In this document: positions 61,022 through 64,000 of the stretch, piece after piece
Numbering within the stretch: position 1 is the stretch's first letter
Layout of the letters: each line of letters begins with the position of its first letter
From: Podarcis liolepis
Lineage: Eukaryota
DNA: 64,000 bases
Reading direction: 5' to 3' (one strand)
NCBI GenBank assembly: GCA_965112155.1
Contig: OZ218104.1
The notes under the pieces: model-generated
Told to the model about the DNA's origin: nothing
What the model saw: the letters and a program-made list of their open reading frames with translations, nothing else
The model's database searches: none
Program-made: the position numbers and the translations under genes

Positions 61022-62829
61022 ATATAGAAGGACAAGATTTGCTAAAGAAGGATCAGCATAGCTTCTGCAAAGCTAAGTCCTGTCTAACCTTTTGGAGTTC
61101 TTTGAGAAGTATATGGACGGGGTGATCTAGTAGAGAGGGAGTAAGGGAAACCACCATTGATAATTCTGCTAATCAAACTGCCACTTGGAATGAGTTTTTG
61201 AAGCTTTTAGTAGATTAGAGACTATAATTTGGAACAATGCATACCTTTTTATACCTGCTACTATTTCATTGTCCCTATAGTCATGCAGCATATACTGACT
61301 GCATACCACTTTTTGCAATCAATCGTTTTATTTGTGTGTCGCCTTTCCAGAGTGAAAGTAGTAATAAGTAGTAGCAATAAACAATAAACAAAGCATCAAA
61401 AGGTACACAAGCAGAGCCAATTTCCTCCCCAAATAGGGCTTGTCTCCATATTTGGCCTTGTCCGCTTTCCCTGCCCCATTTGAATTAGACCTGCACACAT
61501 TTGAATGTGTACAGGGAGCAACTTTGGCCTTTCTGGTTCAGACCCACAGCAATCCGCTTTTGTGTTTTCCCCATAAGTCCTAATTTGTTAATTCTACTTT
61601 GCCAATTAAGTAGCAACAGGGCATGCACACAGATAACTATGTGTGCTGCTTTGTTTTTTTGTTTTTGTTTCTTTGTTTAAATCCCACCCAGGAAGTGTGG
61701 AACAGGGCACAGGCAATTGTAAAATTGTTTGTGCAATCTTCTGGTATTGTGCAGGAGCACCCTGGAAATAACACTGCCGGAAAAGAAATGAAAGCATTGA
61801 GGAAGTAGTGGGTGTGGAAAGGGGAATAGCAGAAAATGACAGTTGATCCACCCTCACCTAAACATCAAAACAATTTGTCTGCAAACTTAAGTGGAGCAGT
61901 CTGAAGCCTAGTTTCTCGGATTGTCCACATGTTGGATTAACGCAAATCTACAGGTGGAGAGCATTGAGACTGGTATTGTTTGAGGGTAATATCATGTGGA
62001 CTATGCAAATTAAATGGGAACACAAATAGCTGCAAATACATGGTAGACTCCAGTGTGGACAAGCCCATAGCTGAAAGTGTTTTAATAAATGCAGATGGAG
62101 CTACAGCAAAGCTTGCAGGCTTGTTTGAAGGCATGCATAAAGTTTTAAAGTGCAATACACACATTGACCACATGGTGGTATCAACACACAGTATTCCTAA
62201 ATCCCTGGTTAATGTTTGCTGCATGATACATGGTGCCAAGATTTATTATAGAACCTCACCCACGAAGTTGTCATTTTGGGTGAGAAAATACACCTCAACC
62301 ACTGCTGGGTGAACAGGGTGGCTCATGAAACTGCCAATCTAGCCTAGAGCTGCAATGGAGAATCACCAGATGTTAGGCCAGAGACCTGGCCTGCATTACT
62401 GAGTCCACTGATTTTTATTTTTTTTAAAATTGGGCTCCAGACATAATTTAGGATGGAGATAAGGAACTGATGGCCCTACAGACATTGTTGGAATCCATTT
62501 TGGATAATCCTCAGCCAGCATGGTCAATGGTCAGGGATGATTGTTGTTGGATTCTAATTCCTCTAGAAAACCACAAGTTCTCAATCTCTGCTTTGGTGTA
62601 CAGGGGGACGGGGTGGAGTTGCCAGGCAGAGACTGGGCTGGAAATCAGCAGTGCAGTCTAGGACAGAGTTAGGTCAAATGCTATGAGCAGAAACCAAAGA
62701 TCTGAAGTGGGCAATGCTGCCTAAGGCCAACAATAGTTTAAATTCCAGTGGGCAGCACTAGGAGGGAAAGGGAACGGACCCTCAGCCAGTGCCTGTGCCT
62801 CTCACCCTTCTTTTGCTCATCACTTGCAG

Positions 62830-62942
62830 ACTGACCTGACTGTAGAGAAGAACATGTGAGGGATTCTCCATGTGCTTTTCAATCCTGGTGATGAACACAG
62901 CAGTCCTTTTGTTGACTGGAAGGGAAACTAACTTCCTTGTGA
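62830..62942 (+). pseudogene. Decayed duplicate of SDR terminal exon 6 (paralog D-like)
   Basis: After a pyrimidine tract and CAG (62827-62829) it reads TDLTVEKNM*GILHVLFNPGDEHSSPFVDWKGN*LP, aligning with D exon 6 AVMTVDESVRGILQVLPNLADEHNGTLVDWKGKKLPW. It has two stops and a 1-nt deletion at the Trp codon. Downstream 62957-63070 matches D downstream sequence 60370-60482. Confidence 0.85.
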
Positions 62943-63419
62943 AGGTTTTTCAATAGATCAGTAACAGGCTGAGATTTGGACAATGTTACACTTAGTTACC
63001 AAGGCAGATGCTCAAAACGCCCAAGAAATTCTGAAAAGGCAGCAATGCTTGAGTGCCAAAATCACTTTTAGGTGGGTGTCATTTCTCACAGTATTAATAA
63101 ACCTTCCTCTGTAATGAAATGTTTGTTTTTCTTTGTAGACAAGTTGCTGCTATGTAGTGATAAAGTAATTATGAAACCTTTCCTCACTTGGGGTGGAAAG
63201 ATTTGTCAGTTTCAGTTATCCTAGTTTCTCATTCTTCCAGTCTTAAATTATCTCCCCACAATTCTGCAGCCCTTAGTAATTCCCTGCCCCCCCCCAAGAA
63301 ATCCTAATAGAAATTCTTCAACTCTTTTGGTGCAAATAAGTCTAATTTTGTATGCAGTTTCTCCTGAAATAGTGCATTTTAGTATGCTATTTCCACTTGC
63401 ATATTCATTTCCACTTCAT

Positions 63420-63560
63420 GTTCAGGGAAGCCCTGTTCAGGGAAGTTTTTAATATGTAACGCTGTACTGTTTTTAACACTTGATTGGGAGCCGCCCAGAG
63501 TGGCTGGGGAAACTCAGCCAGATGGGCGGGGTATAAATTATTATTGTTGTTGTTGTTGTT
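63420..63560 (+). mobile_element. L2-type 3' end
   Basis: gccgcccagagtggctggggaaac.cagccagatgggcggggtataaat followed by a simple-repeat tail. Confidence 0.65.
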
Positions 63561-64000
63561 GTCTGCATATATAAGCATTGGTTGTAGAACTGCATTTCAA
63601 TATTCAGATGAGATTAAATTTTGAAAAATGACCATGTTTCAGTTGTTATATTGTTTCAGAAAGTGAGAATTTGATAGACTAGGCTTTAAAAAACCTGTAT
63701 TTAATTTCTCCCTCCTCTGTATCACTGACCTAGCTATTAATGAAATATTAACTTTTAAAATGTTAAATATGATTTTACTGTTTTTAGAGCCTGTATCTTT
63801 GGTATTTTATCCCAATAGCACCCTGTTGCATTATTGCTATTATGTTGTGTTTAATTACGTTAATATTTAATTGTGCTAATATTTTAATATTTTGTTATTG
63901 TTATTTGTGTTGGAGTATTTTAGAGGAAAATGTAAAAGATGTGGAAAATGGAAAATGTAAAAATGTAAAAGAAATAATGGATGCAGCAGTAAAGTATTCC

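Overview
Vertebrate genomic DNA, almost certainly a squamate and probably a lacertid lizard, judged from its Sauria SINEs, BovB, CR1, L2, RTE-X, Penelope relic and hAT/Tc1 MITEs. The window holds a tandem cluster of four apparently intact six-exon genes for C-factor (CsgA)/sniffer-like classical short-chain dehydrogenase/reductases. Three lie head-to-tail on the minus strand (A 2268-8054, B 12968-21814, C 24791-34976) and one is a divergent, CpG-rich copy on the plus strand (D 53451-60115). A decayed duplicate of D's last exon follows at 62830-62942. All four keep TGxNRGIG, NNAG, NxSS and YRCSK, with identical intron phases, but differ strongly in the substrate-binding loops. The most unusual elements are: (1) a 1413-bp non-autonomous hAT element about 310 bp upstream of gene D, carrying what looks like a captured CpG island, first coding exon and intron start from another host gene (Pack-type element); its exon is phase-compatible with gene D exon 2; (2) a nearly full-length RTE-X LINE whose ORF2 follows ORF1 in frame after a single TGA-CAA with no ATG, whose 3' end maps to the loop of a 25-bp hairpin, and which is flanked by a very long, internally deleted target duplication; (3) a Penelope-derived perfect 74-bp inverted repeat containing a minimal hammerhead ribozyme core; (4) nested MITEs with telomere-like or double-hairpin tandem cargo. 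There is an assembly gap at 48828-49046. All coordinates were read by eye and no database searches were run.
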